64,000 nt of DNA, taken from assembly GCA_963665115.1 (NCBI GenBank), contig OY762007.1, positions 1,888,001 to 1,952,000 of the forward strand, read 5' to 3'. Below, piece after piece: positions 11,557-22,003 of the stretch. Made by a program: the position numbers and the translations under genes. The notes under the pieces were generated by a model. That model was given only the letters and a program-made list of their open reading frames with translations, did not search any database and was not told the DNA's origin. Numbering within the stretch: the first letter of the stretch is position 1; every line of letters begins with the position of its first letter. The DNA comes from an uncultured Rivularia sp. GTDB taxonomy: Bacteria > Cyanobacteriota > Cyanobacteriia > Cyanobacteriales > Nostocaceae.

Positions 11557-12747
11557 TTATAGTTTTGAAACTAGGTCTGATAGGATATTAGCCATTGCAT
11601 CAATACTATAAAATTTAATACATCTTTCTCTAGCTCTTTTCCCTTTTTCAATTGCTTCTGGATAATTCTGGAAAATAGACTGAATTTTCTCAGCAATTTG
11701 TTCGGGACTACTAGAATCAACTATATAACCAGTGTCACCTAAAATATCTGGAATATCGCCTACTTTTGTCGCTAAAATTGGTTTCGCCATTGACATTCCA
11801 TCTGTCAACTTTAAAGGGAACTGAGCCAAAGCCGCTGGAGTATCTCGTTGGGGAACAACAATAACATCCGCTGCTGCGACAATATCTGGCATTTTATCAG
11901 ATGACTGTTTTGGTAATTGAATTATCCAACGTCCCCATTTTTCTATTAGTTGAGCATCATAATCATCATAGGGACTACCACCAACAATCACCAACTTTAA
12001 AGTGGAATCATTCAACTTATCCAAAGCAATTAAAACATCTTCTACCCCTTTATAAGGTCTTGGGGCACCGGGAAACATTAAAATTTTATGCTCGGAAAGC
12101 CCATAACGCTTTTTACTTTCTTCAGAGTTATAAAGTTCGGGATTAAAAAGCGAAGTATCCTTCCCATTGGGAATATAAACTCCACCAAACTTTTCTTTTA
12201 AAAATTGAGTATGGATGGTAATTGCATCAGCCTTATACGATATATCTTCCATCCATTTTAAATAAAGCTGATGGTCTGGATATCTCAAAGCTCCTTCCGA
12301 TTTCAAAACATCCCTAGCAAACTGTTTTAAAGAAGGACGATAACGCCATTTTTCACCTCCAGACCAACTCAATTCCCAATCATCAATATCTAAAATTATT
12401 GGCTTTTGAGTCTTCAATCTTTTTAATAACGATAAACCAAAAGTAGTCATTTTTGGTCTCATCGCATAAACAATATCACCATCTATCTTATTTATAAGTT
12501 GAGAAGCTGATGATAAAAATCGTGGATAATTATAACCATTAAAACTGCAAACTTTAATTTCAGATTGAGAGCTTACTACTGATTCATTGCCAAAAACAAA
12601 TCCTAAAATTTCAACTTGATATTCAAGCTTTTGGAGTGCTTGTGCAAGTAAAAATGAACGTACACCACCACCACCCCATCTACCCGCACCAGCACTGGAT
12701 AAGTCACTAACAACTATAGAAACTTTTAGTTGTTTTTTGCTTTGCAT
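11557..12747 (-). CDS. glycosyltransferase family 4
   Basis: FPGAPRPYKG, FPLKLTDGM..KPILATKVGDIP; GT-B fold motifs. Confidence 0.87.
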   Translation of the reverse strand: MQSKKQLKVSIVVSDLSSAGAGRWGGGGVRSFLLAQALQKLEYQVEILGFVFGNESVVSSQSEIKVCSFNGYNYPRFLSSASQLINKIDGDIVYAMRPKMTTFGLSLLKRLKTQKPIILDIDDWELSWSGGEKWRYRPSLKQFARDVLKSEGALRYPDHQLYLKWMEDISYKADAITIHTQFLKEKFGGVYIPNGKDTSLFNPELYNSEESKKRYGLSEHKILMFPGAPRPYKGVEDVLIALDKLNDSTLKLVIVGGSPYDDYDAQLIEKWGRWIIQLPKQSSDKMPDIVAAADVIVVPQRDTPAALAQFPLKLTDGMSMAKPILATKVGDIPDILGDTGYIVDSSSPEQIAEKIQSIFQNYPEAIEKGKRARERCIKFYSIDAMANILSDLVSKL

Positions 12748-13236
12748 ACTTCTCCATAACAATTAAGTTCTGCTAATTTGCAATAAAAGATATTTGTAGA
12801 AGCCCCCAGCCAATTTAAGCAAAGTTTTAAAACTTCGTATAAAACGGCATTTACTCGATGTTTGTGTATAAAAACATGAGTCATAGTCTAACCCTGTATC
12901 TACTACTTATCCTAGAGCGAATTTACTGATAGTCCTAGAAAAATTTAAAGGATTATATTATCAGTTGAGTATTTTTACATAATTTAAAGCAAAGCCCATA
13001 ATATCAATTTATAGAATGCAATGTAGCATAAAATACGTGCGGCTAGAGTATTTGTAGCTTTTTAATACTTAAATCTTGTTTTACGTACTTAAGTAATATT
13101 TCTGAAGGTAATATCACTTATAGTTCAACTAATATTCACATACATTACGTAATATTTACCTTATTTATATGCGTTTTTCACATATAGTCTGTTAGGTATA
13201 GGTCATGAGACATTTATCTAATTGATGGAATTACTT

Positions 13237-13293
13237 ATGGTCGCTTTCGGGATTTACACCCTTGCAAACGATATAGTACTTGACCAGCTAGTT
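13237..13293 (+). pseudogene. orphan 5' end of a third Npun_R2821-type gene
   Basis: ATG 13237 reads MVAFGIYTLANDIVLDQLV, matching the N-termini of the 5206 and 6136 proteins, then breaks off. Confidence 0.65.
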
Positions 13294-13295
13294 AA

Positions 13296-15338
13296 ACAGA
13301 ACGTTGGACAAACAACTTATCTTACGTAGTTCCAGTTACAAATGGTGACTACAAAGTAAATGTTAAGTTTGCAGAAATTTACTGGAATGAAGCAGGTAAA
13401 AGAAGTTTTGACTTATCTGCTGAAGGTCAATTAGTTATTGATGACCTTGATATCTTCGCAGAAGCAGGAGGTAAAAATCTTGCTTTAAACAAGTCTTTTG
13501 ATATTACCGTCAGCGATGGAAGCTTAAATTTAGATTTCCTGACTAATTCTGATAATGCGAAATTAGCAGCCATTGAAATTATTGGTGGTTCAGCACCAAA
13601 CCCCACAACACCACCAACTCCAACTACACCACCAAGCCCACCAACAAATCCCAACACAGGTACTATTCGCATCAATGCTGGTGGTAATGCCTACACCGAT
13701 ACAGTAGGTAATGTATGGATGAAAGACCAGTATTTTGATGCGGGCCAGACAACTTCTACTAATGCAGATATTTTCAAAACCGAAGAAGACAAACTCTATC
13801 AGACAGAACGCTGGGCTAAAAATTTAGGATATGACATACCTGTGAACGATGGTAACTACAGGGTTAATTTGCATTTCGCAGAAACTTATTTCGATGACTT
13901 CAACAAACGTATATTCGATGTATCTGTGGAAGGAGAAAGAGTCGTTGATGACTTAGATATCTTTGCTAAATCTAAGAATGCTTTTTTCCCAGGGAAAGAT
14001 TCTGCTTATGTCTACTCCGTTGATGATGTAAACGTTAGCGATGGTTTTTTAAATCTAGACTTTGATGCTAGCGTAGATAATGCCAAAATTTCTGCAATTG
14101 AAATTGTTTCCCTGACTGGTCCTCAAGTTATTTTCAAACAAACAGATGGTAATACCTCTGTGGTTGAAGGTGAAGCTACAGGAGATAGTTATTCAATTAT
14201 TTTAAACAGTCAACCAGCTAGTGATGTGACTGTTTACTTAAATCCCAACAGCCAAATTAATACAAGCAATAATAGTGTTACCTTTACTCCAGATAATTGG
14301 AATGTAGCTCAACAGATAACGGTTAATGCTTTAGATAATAATCTTGCAGATGGCAACCAAACTGTAGATATTACACACACCATTAGTAGCTCAGATGCAG
14401 ATTATGAGAGTCTGAGCTTGCCTAATATCTCTGTTTATATAAGTGATAACGATACCGTTGCAATCGACTTTACTAAAAAGACAGTTGCAGCTATGTCTAA
14501 ACCAACAGCAGCAGCTTGGGGTCCCGACCATAGACTTTATGTTGGCTCCTATTCGGGTGAAATCAAAGCATATACTTTTGATGATAATTACAATGTCATC
14601 GAGACTCAAACCATAACCACCATGAAAGGCTTATCTAATAAAAATATATTAGGTATAGCTTTCAACCCATACGATACTTCTGATTCTCCTACGATCTATG
14701 TATCTCATAACAAACTTTATGCTAATGGTGGTTCATTTTTTCCAGAAACCGAATTATCTCCCTACAGCGGACAGATATCAACCTTAGAAGGTCCAGATTT
14801 CTCTACCGTTACAGCATTAATAACCGGATTACCAGTTTCCAATCACGACCACGGTGTCAATAGTATGACCTTTGACAACGAAGGTAATCTATATGTTGCG
14901 GTTGGTGGAAATACAAATGCGGGTATATCAGCAGCTAAAATTGGTGGAATTCCTGAATCTCCCTTTGCTGCGGCAATTTTGAAGGCAGAAATTACAAAAT
15001 CAGATTTTAATGGTGAGATCAAATATAAATTACCTACTGATTTTGTACCACCTCAAGGATTAACATTCGACCCCGCAGAAAGTCAGGTATTCGGGGATAT
15101 AGCCAAGGTAGTGGATGGAGTTGATGTATCTGTATATGCTAGCGGTACACGCAATCCTTTTGATTTAGTTTGGACTACAGAAAACTTACTGTATGCAACA
15201 GACAATGGCCCGAATGGTGGATTTGGGGATGTCTCGACTTCCGCTACAACTCAAAAGCCAGTTAAAAACGCGCCAGACGAATTGAATTTAACTTTCACTT
15301 GTAAGAAGTCTCATACTTACCCGCAAGGGAAGTGTTGA
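13296..15338 (+). pseudogene. doubly truncated malectin x2 + Calx-beta-like + glucose/sorbosone-dehydrogenase-like propeller gene
   Basis: The frame is open from TERW at 13296 (first malectin copy lacks its start), through a Pro/Thr linker, a second malectin (RINAGG...YQTERW...HFAE), FTPDNWNVAQ, GLPVSNHDHG and YASGTRNPF. Homology stops at PDELNL (15290), where a mini-IS begins. Confidence 0.75.
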
Positions 15339-15539
15339 GATGAATTACAATCCGAGCTTATGGTATTATGGCTTCGGTAGGTGTAGTCCAATTAAATGCA
15401 GAAATGCAGCCTACAAATAAAAGAAACAATTTGATAAAAAGTCCGTGGGGCGCACGGCTTCAAAGCTCGGTCAATGTTCTCATAGAGGAGTCGCCGAGAA
15501 GGCTACATCATAATCTGAGATTTGATGTAGGTGCGTCAC
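15291..15539 (+). mobile_element. non-autonomous IS200/IS605-family mini-element (left end + omegaRNA/right end, no transposase or tnpB)
   Basis: Left end AGAAG.CTCA.AC...GTGTTGAGATGAAT and right end CGTGGG.CGCACG..AAAGCTC..GAGTCG..GAGAAG..hairpin..CGTCAC align with the ends of the tnpB element at 29042-30531. Left boundary is uncertain by a few nt. Confidence 0.8.
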
Positions 15540-15559
15540 AAAATATCAGTTTATCTAAC
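15375..15559 (+). ncRNA. putative stand-alone TnpB omegaRNA (scaffold to 15539 plus flanking guide)
   Basis: Covarying stems relative to the tnpB 3'/right-end region; TGnTATTAT extended -10-like motif at 15361-15369. Transcript ends are inferred. Confidence 0.45.
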
Positions 15560-15617
15560 CTTTTGTTTCGCTAAACTAGTTCTGGGGTGAATAAATAAAA
15601 TTAGGAAGGCTATAGTT

Positions 15618-16391
15618 ATGCAGGTATTTCGTTTACCAGTTCTTTCAGATAATTACATATTTCTGCTATACGACAATAAACAAAATATAGCTGCTGTAGT
15701 CGATCCAGCCCAAGCAAAACCTGTTTTAGATAAACTCCAGGAACTCAAAGCGGAATTAGTCGCAATCTTCAATACCCACCATCATTCCGATCATGTAGGT
15801 GGCAATCAAAAATTAATTGAAAAATTTCCACAATTGACAGTTTATGGTGGAAGCTCCGATAAAGGCAGAATTCCCGGACAACAAGTTTTTCTCGAAGATG
15901 GCGATCGCGTTTCTTTTTCCAATCGCACTGCTGATGTTTTGTTCGTTCCCGGACATACTCGCGCTCACATAGCTTATTATTTTCCTCCCGAAAATTCCGA
16001 AGAGACGGGTGAGCTATTCTGTGGAGATACTTTATTTGCTGGTGGCTGCGGTCGCTTGTTTGAAGGAACACCAGCACAGATGGTAAATTCCCTGAGTAAA
16101 ATCCGCGCTTTGCCCGACAATACGCGGGTTTGGTGCGCCCACGAATATACTTTAAATAATTTAAAATTCGCCGTCACGGTGGATGGTAAAAACCCTAAAC
16201 TTCAAAAGCGATTTGAGGAAGTTAAGGCACATCGCAGTCGGAATGAAGCTACCGTTCCATCGTTGTTAGGAGTAGAAAAACACACGAATCCATTTCTCAG
16301 ATGGGAAGACACTGCTTTACAGTCGGCTGCAAATAGTAGCGATTCGGTGCAAACTTTTGCGCGGATACGGGGGATGAAAGATACATTTTGA
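15618..16391 (+). CDS. gloB: hydroxyacylglutathione hydrolase (glyoxalase II)
   Basis: THHHSDHVGG, PGHT, FCGDTLF.GGCGRLFEG, CAHEYT, TNPFLR. Confidence 0.95.
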   Translation: MQVFRLPVLSDNYIFLLYDNKQNIAAVVDPAQAKPVLDKLQELKAELVAIFNTHHHSDHVGGNQKLIEKFPQLTVYGGSSDKGRIPGQQVFLEDGDRVSFSNRTADVLFVPGHTRAHIAYYFPPENSEETGELFCGDTLFAGGCGRLFEGTPAQMVNSLSKIRALPDNTRVWCAHEYTLNNLKFAVTVDGKNPKLQKRFEEVKAHRSRNEATVPSLLGVEKHTNPFLRWEDTALQSAANSSDSVQTFARIRGMKDTF

Positions 16392-16485
16392 ATGGGGATA
16401 GGGCATGGGGCATTGGGGATAGGGCATTGGGAAAATGATTCCTAACTTTTAAGTCCTAATTCCTAACTCATAACTATTCATCGCG

Positions 16486-17593
16486 TTATTCAATAAATCC
16501 CGTCTTCTTGAGCAACATTCGTAATTCTACATAAGGAAGTTGAGTATCCTTCTTATTATTTCCCCACATATCAGCAAAGAAGTCTTGCATCAGAGCAATT
16601 ATGCTCCGGTATTTGATGATACTGGTAACATAAAAATCATCTAACTTTATGTCTCCCTCGGTATGTATCTGCTTGATGTTGTCGAGCAATATAGATCCTA
16701 ATTGATAAGGTTTTAAACCTTCTGCTATGCCATATTTTTGCATGATATTATGCTTCTGGTTCTCCGAACATGAATCATACGACCATCGAATCAAGATACC
16801 AAGATTTCGCAGAACTTCTCCGCAGTCGTAAAATGTGTTCTGTTCAAAGAAAGGCTCTTCATATGAAGTCAACGAAAAACTCTTGTCAAGTACTAAACCA
16901 AAATCGGTTAAATATGTCTGTTCGCCGTCAGTAAGGACGTTGCGAAAATGCGCGTCAAAGTGGATGATTCCCTTCGTTCTTAAAAAGTCAATCGTCGTGC
17001 GTAAGTCATCTAGGGCTAGCTGAAGTTTGTTGGGGTTTTCTCGGAGCCATGTTTCTAGAATATACGGTATGTATTCTAGGAACAAAACCAATTCATAGTT
17101 GGCGATCGCTCTATCTAACACGTACTTTCCGGCGTTTTCACTATTACCCCAGTATTCCACGTAATCTTTGAGACGCGACCCTATCCACATCCACACGTTG
17201 CCCAGAGAACGGAACAATCCGATAATGGTACATCAATGGAAAGTTAGCAATCGCCCCTTCTAATACCCAGTTAGTTGTCTTGATATGAGTTACGAGTTCC
17301 CGGAACACCCCAAAACCAGTTGAACCAAAGCCGTAGTTACAGTAAGTCGGCAAATTATAGAGATTTTTGGTGGAAAACTGGTTCTCATACTCAATGTTTG
17401 TAACCGGAATACGTTTCACAAAAACCTTGGATTCCCCAAGCACGATGGTGTGATTCATTCCCCAACCCGTACTTGACTCATTTGAATAACTATTAGCAAA
17501 TAAACAGCGCAATTGTGCATTATCTAAATGAGCGATTTGCGAACTGAGCTTGAAGTACCTTTTCTTTCTAAGTTCTATATGGTTTTTAACCAT
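16486..17593 (-). CDS. protein-kinase-like (PKL fold) protein; +1 frameshift at 17179-17181
   Basis: VFVKRIP, RELVTH, IHFDAHFRN, LTDFGL. ORFs join as VDVDR|SRLKDYVEYWG. Confidence 0.75.
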
Positions 17594-17681
17594 TTTTCTA
17601 TGTCACTGCAACAACGCCGGTTTTTCACTCTTTGAAATCAAATAATGCCTACAAAAACCGGATTATACTCTGCGCCATATA

Positions 17682-17784
17682 CAGCATATTTCATCTTTGT
17701 GAGTTACATTCGGACGGGCAGGGATGCCCATCCCACAAGAGTTTTGTAATATGAGACTGTACCTCACTTATTGGCAAAGTGCTG
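17682..17784. mobile_element. TA-flanked MITE with internal hairpin
   Basis: TA|CAGCA...GTACCTCAC...TGCTG|TA termini; internal GGGCAGGGATGCCC hairpin. Confidence 0.6.
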
Positions 17785-17788
17785 TAAT

Positions 17789-18052
17789 TCATGATTGATA
17801 TGCTTCGCTACGATGAGCGATCGCTATAACAAATACCTTTACCAATTCATCGTCTACCGAATAGATTACCCTATAATTGCCGATTCGGTAGCGATAGTAC
17901 CCGGCATAATCTCCCTTAAGGACTTTAATATTTGGGTGTGAGCGGGGAGTTTGCTCTAGTTGCTCCAAACATCGAGCGATTTTCTTCCCTAAAGCTTTGT
18001 CAGCATTGACATAAACTTTTTGGGCATCGGGATGTAGCAGAACTTCATACAT
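17789..18052 (-). CDS. RelE/ParE family type II toxin
   Basis: 87 aa, basic; IKVLKG...YRYRIGNYRVIY...IAIAHRSEAY. Confidence 0.9.
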   Translation of the reverse strand: MYEVLLHPDAQKVYVNADKALGKKIARCLEQLEQTPRSHPNIKVLKGDYAGYYRYRIGNYRVIYSVDDELVKVFVIAIAHRSEAYQS

Positions 18053-18323
18053 CGGAGCGAAGATTTCTCCAGTTTGTGTAATCGGTTTTAGGAGTTGTTT
18101 GATTTTGTTTAACTCGCTCTAGTAATCCAGGAATTGCCAAAATTTCTTGAGTTGCAGCTTCGCTTTCAGCATTTGCCAAGTAAGCCGCAAAATCAGCAAG
18201 CACCTGCAACCGTTCTGGCGATAGTTGCTTAAGTAAGTCATTAAGTTGGCTCTGCAACTCTGTCACAGATATCATATCTGTTGATGATTTATCATCCATT
18301 GAGGAATCATCGGTGGTATTCAT
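18045..18323 (-). CDS. putative cognate antitoxin
   Basis: Acidic 92-aa ORF overlapping the toxin start by 8 nt; AT.EIL.IPG motif and C-terminal W. Confidence 0.75.
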   Translation of the reverse strand: MNTTDDSSMDDKSSTDMISVTELQSQLNDLLKQLSPERLQVLADFAAYLANAESEAATQEILAIPGLLERVKQNQTTPKTDYTNWRNLRSDV

Positions 18324-18404
18324 TGCTTACTTGGTAATTTTCTAGGTTTTATGTCCATTGTAGGGCAACAAATAAAGAGGTAAATATTATCTACTGCTTG
18401 CACT

Positions 18405-18983
18405 TTACAGGACTAAACCTTGCCACAAAAATACAATTGTCTCTGAAATAGCATTCTCCGTATCAGTTTCTTGATGCGAACCGATATTTTCTGATAATGC
18501 CAAATTATGTAAATACGAAAGCAAAACGCTTGCAGCAGTTGCAACGTTATCTTTACGAATCCTTCCCAAATCTGCTTCTGCATTCAAATATTCTGTAAGT
18601 TTATTACCAAGTTGAATCGCAGGCATGGTATGGCGTTGCAGAAAAGTTTGCATATCGAAGGATGGATGGCTGATCAGCGTTAAAAAAATTGGCATCACTT
18701 CGCGGAAGTAGTCAACAATCTGCAAGCTGATTGATTTCAAGTTTTCATTTACCTGTTTCTCTCCAGGCTTCACGCAGAATATAACCTCAAGTTGGGCTTC
18801 TGGAGGTACCATTGCAGCAAAAAACAGGTCTTCTTTTGTGCCAAATCGCTGGAAAATCACTGCTTCAGAAATACCAACTGCTTTAGCAATAGTCTTTGTC
18901 GAAGCTTTCACCCCCTGCTTGAGAAAGTGCGATCGCGCTACGTTCAAAATCTCTTCATCTGCAATCGTTTTATTGCGAGGCAT
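18405..18983 (-). CDS. TetR/AcrR family regulator
   Basis: N-terminal HTH STKTIAKAVGISEAVIFQRFGTKEDLF. Confidence 0.92.
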   Translation of the reverse strand: MPRNKTIADEEILNVARSHFLKQGVKASTKTIAKAVGISEAVIFQRFGTKEDLFFAAMVPPEAQLEVIFCVKPGEKQVNENLKSISLQIVDYFREVMPIFLTLISHPSFDMQTFLQRHTMPAIQLGNKLTEYLNAEADLGRIRKDNVATAASVLLSYLHNLALSENIGSHQETDTENAISETIVFLWQGLVL

Positions 18984-19003
18984 TCTTTTTTACTTTAACT
19001 TTC

Positions 19004-19447
19004 TCACAAAATAATGCCGTGTTCTCGACGAATTTCCAGCAAAGACATTTCCTTAAGTTGGGACAATTCTTCGATAGCTAACTTCTTTTTCATCCGCAAG
19101 CTTTTGGAAATAATACCAATGATGCGCGGAAGGCTGGTAAACCAAATACCCAACAACTTAAAATGCCCAATTTTAGACAAAACACTTTTATGCTCAATAC
19201 TTGCAACTGCACGATGCATTTCACTGATGTTCGCTGTTGTTGCAAAAAGCATCCATAGATGTGCGGCAATTTCCTCTCGAATAGAAGTACCACAGTTAAA
19301 CAACACGTGTACGGCATCATGTTGTTCCAATGCTTGGGTTACTTCTGCAGACATTTTGTTTGTCATATCGTCATGCTCCAAGCTACGCAATTTTTGAATT
19401 GCCTCACCCAAGGTAGTTGAAGCATCGCAATCCAAATGTTGATTCAT
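19004..19447 (-). CDS. Coq4-like putative metal-binding protein
   Basis: HDAVHVL...EE resembles the Coq4 HDxxH-x11-E motif; 20 bp upstream of tetR. Confidence 0.6.
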   Translation of the reverse strand: MNQHLDCDASTTLGEAIQKLRSLEHDDMTNKMSAEVTQALEQHDAVHVLFNCGTSIREEIAAHLWMLFATTANISEMHRAVASIEHKSVLSKIGHFKLLGIWFTSLPRIIGIISKSLRMKKKLAIEELSQLKEMSLLEIRREHGIIL

Positions 19448-19461
19448 GGGAATGCCTTTAT

Positions 19462-19516
19462 ATAAGTAAGTGCTTGCTCATTTAGCATAGCATTAATAAG
19501 TAGGCGCTTACTTATT
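19462..19516. promoter_or_regulatory. two candidate TetR operators
   Basis: Palindrome AATAAGTAGGCGCTTACTTATT (19495-19516) and degenerate copy ATAAGTAAGTGCTTGCTCAT (19462-19481) just upstream of the operon. Confidence 0.65.
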
Positions 19517-19741
19517 TTGCTCGAATTAGCTGTTAGATTACGACTTCTTAGTTTCTTTTTGCATAAAACCTTCAAAGTACTCTACTTCACCACATAAGTT
19601 ATAAGGGGTTCAGGGAGTGCGAGCCGGAAAGCTCGCTGGTTTTCACGAGGGAGCGAGACGCTCCCACTACATTTTGATTACCCAATAAAACTAATGTGCA
19701 GCAATACTATTTATGTTGATTTTTTAAGATGCAGCTAACTG

Positions 19742-20858
19742 TCAATTCCTCTGATATCGCATTCCTGGAAGCTGGCTTACTAAACCCATTAATTCCAACT
19801 GTAATAAAGCACTGGAAACTTCTGATGCTGGCATTTTGGTTTGTTGAATTATAAAATCAAAGGGCAAAGATTCTGAAGAAATTGCTTTCATTACTTGGTG
19901 TAATTCTGCTGGTAAATCTGGTAACGGCTTTTCTATATCAGGTGTCAAATTTTCTACATGAACTTGAGGAATTGCACCTAACATTTTTAATAATTCGTCC
20001 AACTCTTTGAGAATAGGAGTAGCACCTTGAGAAACTAATTTTAAGCATCCTTGGGAAGAAAAATCATCGAGTCTTCCCGGCAATGCGTAAACATCTCTAC
20101 CAAATTCGTTTGCGTAGTCGGCGGTAATCAAAGCACCGGATTTTTGAGGAGCTTCCATAACTAAGACAGCGCGAGACAAACCCGCAATAATTCGATTGCG
20201 CCGGGGAAAGTGAGTGCGATGAGGTTGAGTTTTTGTGGGATATTCGCTGACAACGAAACCTTGATTCAAAATATGCTCGTATAGTTTGCGATTTTTTGCG
20301 GGATAAACTACATCTACACCCGTACCCAAAGCGGCGATAGTACGTCCTCCGGCTTTAATTGCAGCTGAATGTGAAGCGGTATCGATTCCTTCTGCTAAAC
20401 CAGAAACTACCGTAAAACCATTTTGTACCAAAGCGGTACTAATGCGGCGCGTCCAGCGGATTCCGTACTCTGTGGGTTGGCGCGTCCCTACTATGGCAAC
20501 GAGGGGTTTTTGTGCCAAATTTTCAGCCTTATCCACCTTGCCACAATAGTAAAGTACGGCTGGAGGGCTGGGAATTTCCAGCAATAAGCGCGGATAGTCT
20601 GCATCTGCGGGAGTCCAGAAATTGGGGTTTTCTTGTTCGTGCTGTTTCAAGAACTGTTCTGGATTTATTTGGGAACGTTGTTTAGTTATCTTTTGCAAAG
20701 TTTGAAAACCAAAACCTTCAACCTCTCCCAATTGCGAAGAATTTGCTTCCCAAGCAGTTTTCGGCGAACCAAAATGTTGGTAGAGTCTTTGCAGTAAAAC
20801 TGGCCCCAACCCCCGAAACCCGCGACCAAGCCAACCAGTACGCACGTTCTTCTGTCAA
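19742..20858 (-). CDS. dprA: DNA-processing protein DprA; +1 frameshift at 20804-20807
   Basis: TTG start TEERAYWLAWSRVSGVG|PVLL; AIVGTR, SGLAEGID, FPRRNRIIAGLS, SGALIT, LELMG winged helix. Confidence 0.93.
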
Positions 20859-20904
20859 TTTTCTATCCTCAACCCTACTGGTTTAGTATTCCCAGAAAGA
20901 CAAT

Positions 20905-21058
20905 GAACAATTATCAATTATCAATTATCAATTGGGGAGATGCGGAGATGGGGAGAGCGGGAGAGCGGGAGAGCGGGAGAGTTAGGAATTAGAAATTAGT
21001 GAATAAAACTTCTACCCCCTCTTCTCAATGCCCAATCCCCAATGCCCCATGCCCAATT
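20905..21058. repeat. STRR-type short tandem repeats
   Basis: CAATTAT, GGGAGAGC and CCCAATG/CCCCAAT units. Confidence 0.7.
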
Positions 21059-21059
21059 C

Positions 21060-21713
21060 TTAACCTTTAACCTTTAACTTTTGACCTTTTAGATATTCAA
21101 ATACTGATTTATCTCCAATATCGGGGGGAATTGCTTGTATGGTTTTACGAATTGCAAAAACTAAAAAAAATACTGCCCAAACTACTAATAAAACTTTTTC
21201 TACTTCTAGGGGAAGAATCTTTGTCATGTGTCCTAAAAGTAACAACGGAACTATGGGAGTTAATAGTTTGGTTTCTAATCGATTGAAACAAAAAGCTTCT
21301 TTAAAATAAATACCTGTTAAAGCTGCAAAGGTAAAGCCAATTCCTAATATAGTTAGGGGATAATTGTAAATTGTTTCTGCTAGGGTTTGGGTGTTAGAGA
21401 AAGCAAAAACAATTGCGGAAATACTGCCAATTGCCCAAAAAACTTGTAATAGTCTGTGCAACTCTACCATGTAGATATGAATGCTTAACAAGCTGACTCC
21501 AAGAGCAAGACTAAAACCAGCGTACAAGAATGTGATTAATTGTAAGTTGGGATTATCGCGAAATACCAAGGCTGTACCAATAGCAAAACAAAGTGCGGCG
21601 ATCGCCAATCCCGCACGGTAGATAATTACGCCCAATCGGTCATCTTTAGTAATCGTAAATTCGCCAAATTGACCTTGATAGCTTTCTGGCATCGGTGCTG
21701 TTTGTGTTGTCAT
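21060..21713 (-). CDS. DUF2301-type integral membrane protein
   Basis: YQGQFGEFTIT.DD...V..YR, IHIY, FKEAFCF, DIGDKSVF. Confidence 0.85.
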   Translation of the reverse strand: MTTQTAPMPESYQGQFGEFTITKDDRLGVIIYRAGLAIAALCFAIGTALVFRDNPNLQLITFLYAGFSLALGVSLLSIHIYMVELHRLLQVFWAIGSISAIVFAFSNTQTLAETIYNYPLTILGIGFTFAALTGIYFKEAFCFNRLETKLLTPIVPLLLLGHMTKILPLEVEKVLLVVWAVFFLVFAIRKTIQAIPPDIGDKSVFEYLKGQKLKVKG

Positions 21714-22003
21714 ATTTATAATAATCCTGTTTGATTTTTTAAATTATTCGTTTAGATGGTGCATAGCGCATTGGGAATAGGGCATTAGAAATAAATAGCG
21801 CAGGCTAAGCTTAAAAACAGTGGGGTTCTTATGTAGTTATTTGATTTATTAGAATAATTACATTTTGATATATCTATGCTGCGGCTGCTACCGCATTAAA
21901 TATGAATTTACATATTTTAGCTATTTGTAATTATTGACTTTTCCAAACGATTTTTAGCTAAACCCCAATGTCTAATTCCCAATCCCCAATGCCCAATTAC
22001 CAA

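Noticed and set aside
15368..15574. 68-aa ORF
   Set aside because: It lies within the mini-IS; conservation there is at RNA/DNA structure level, not codon level.
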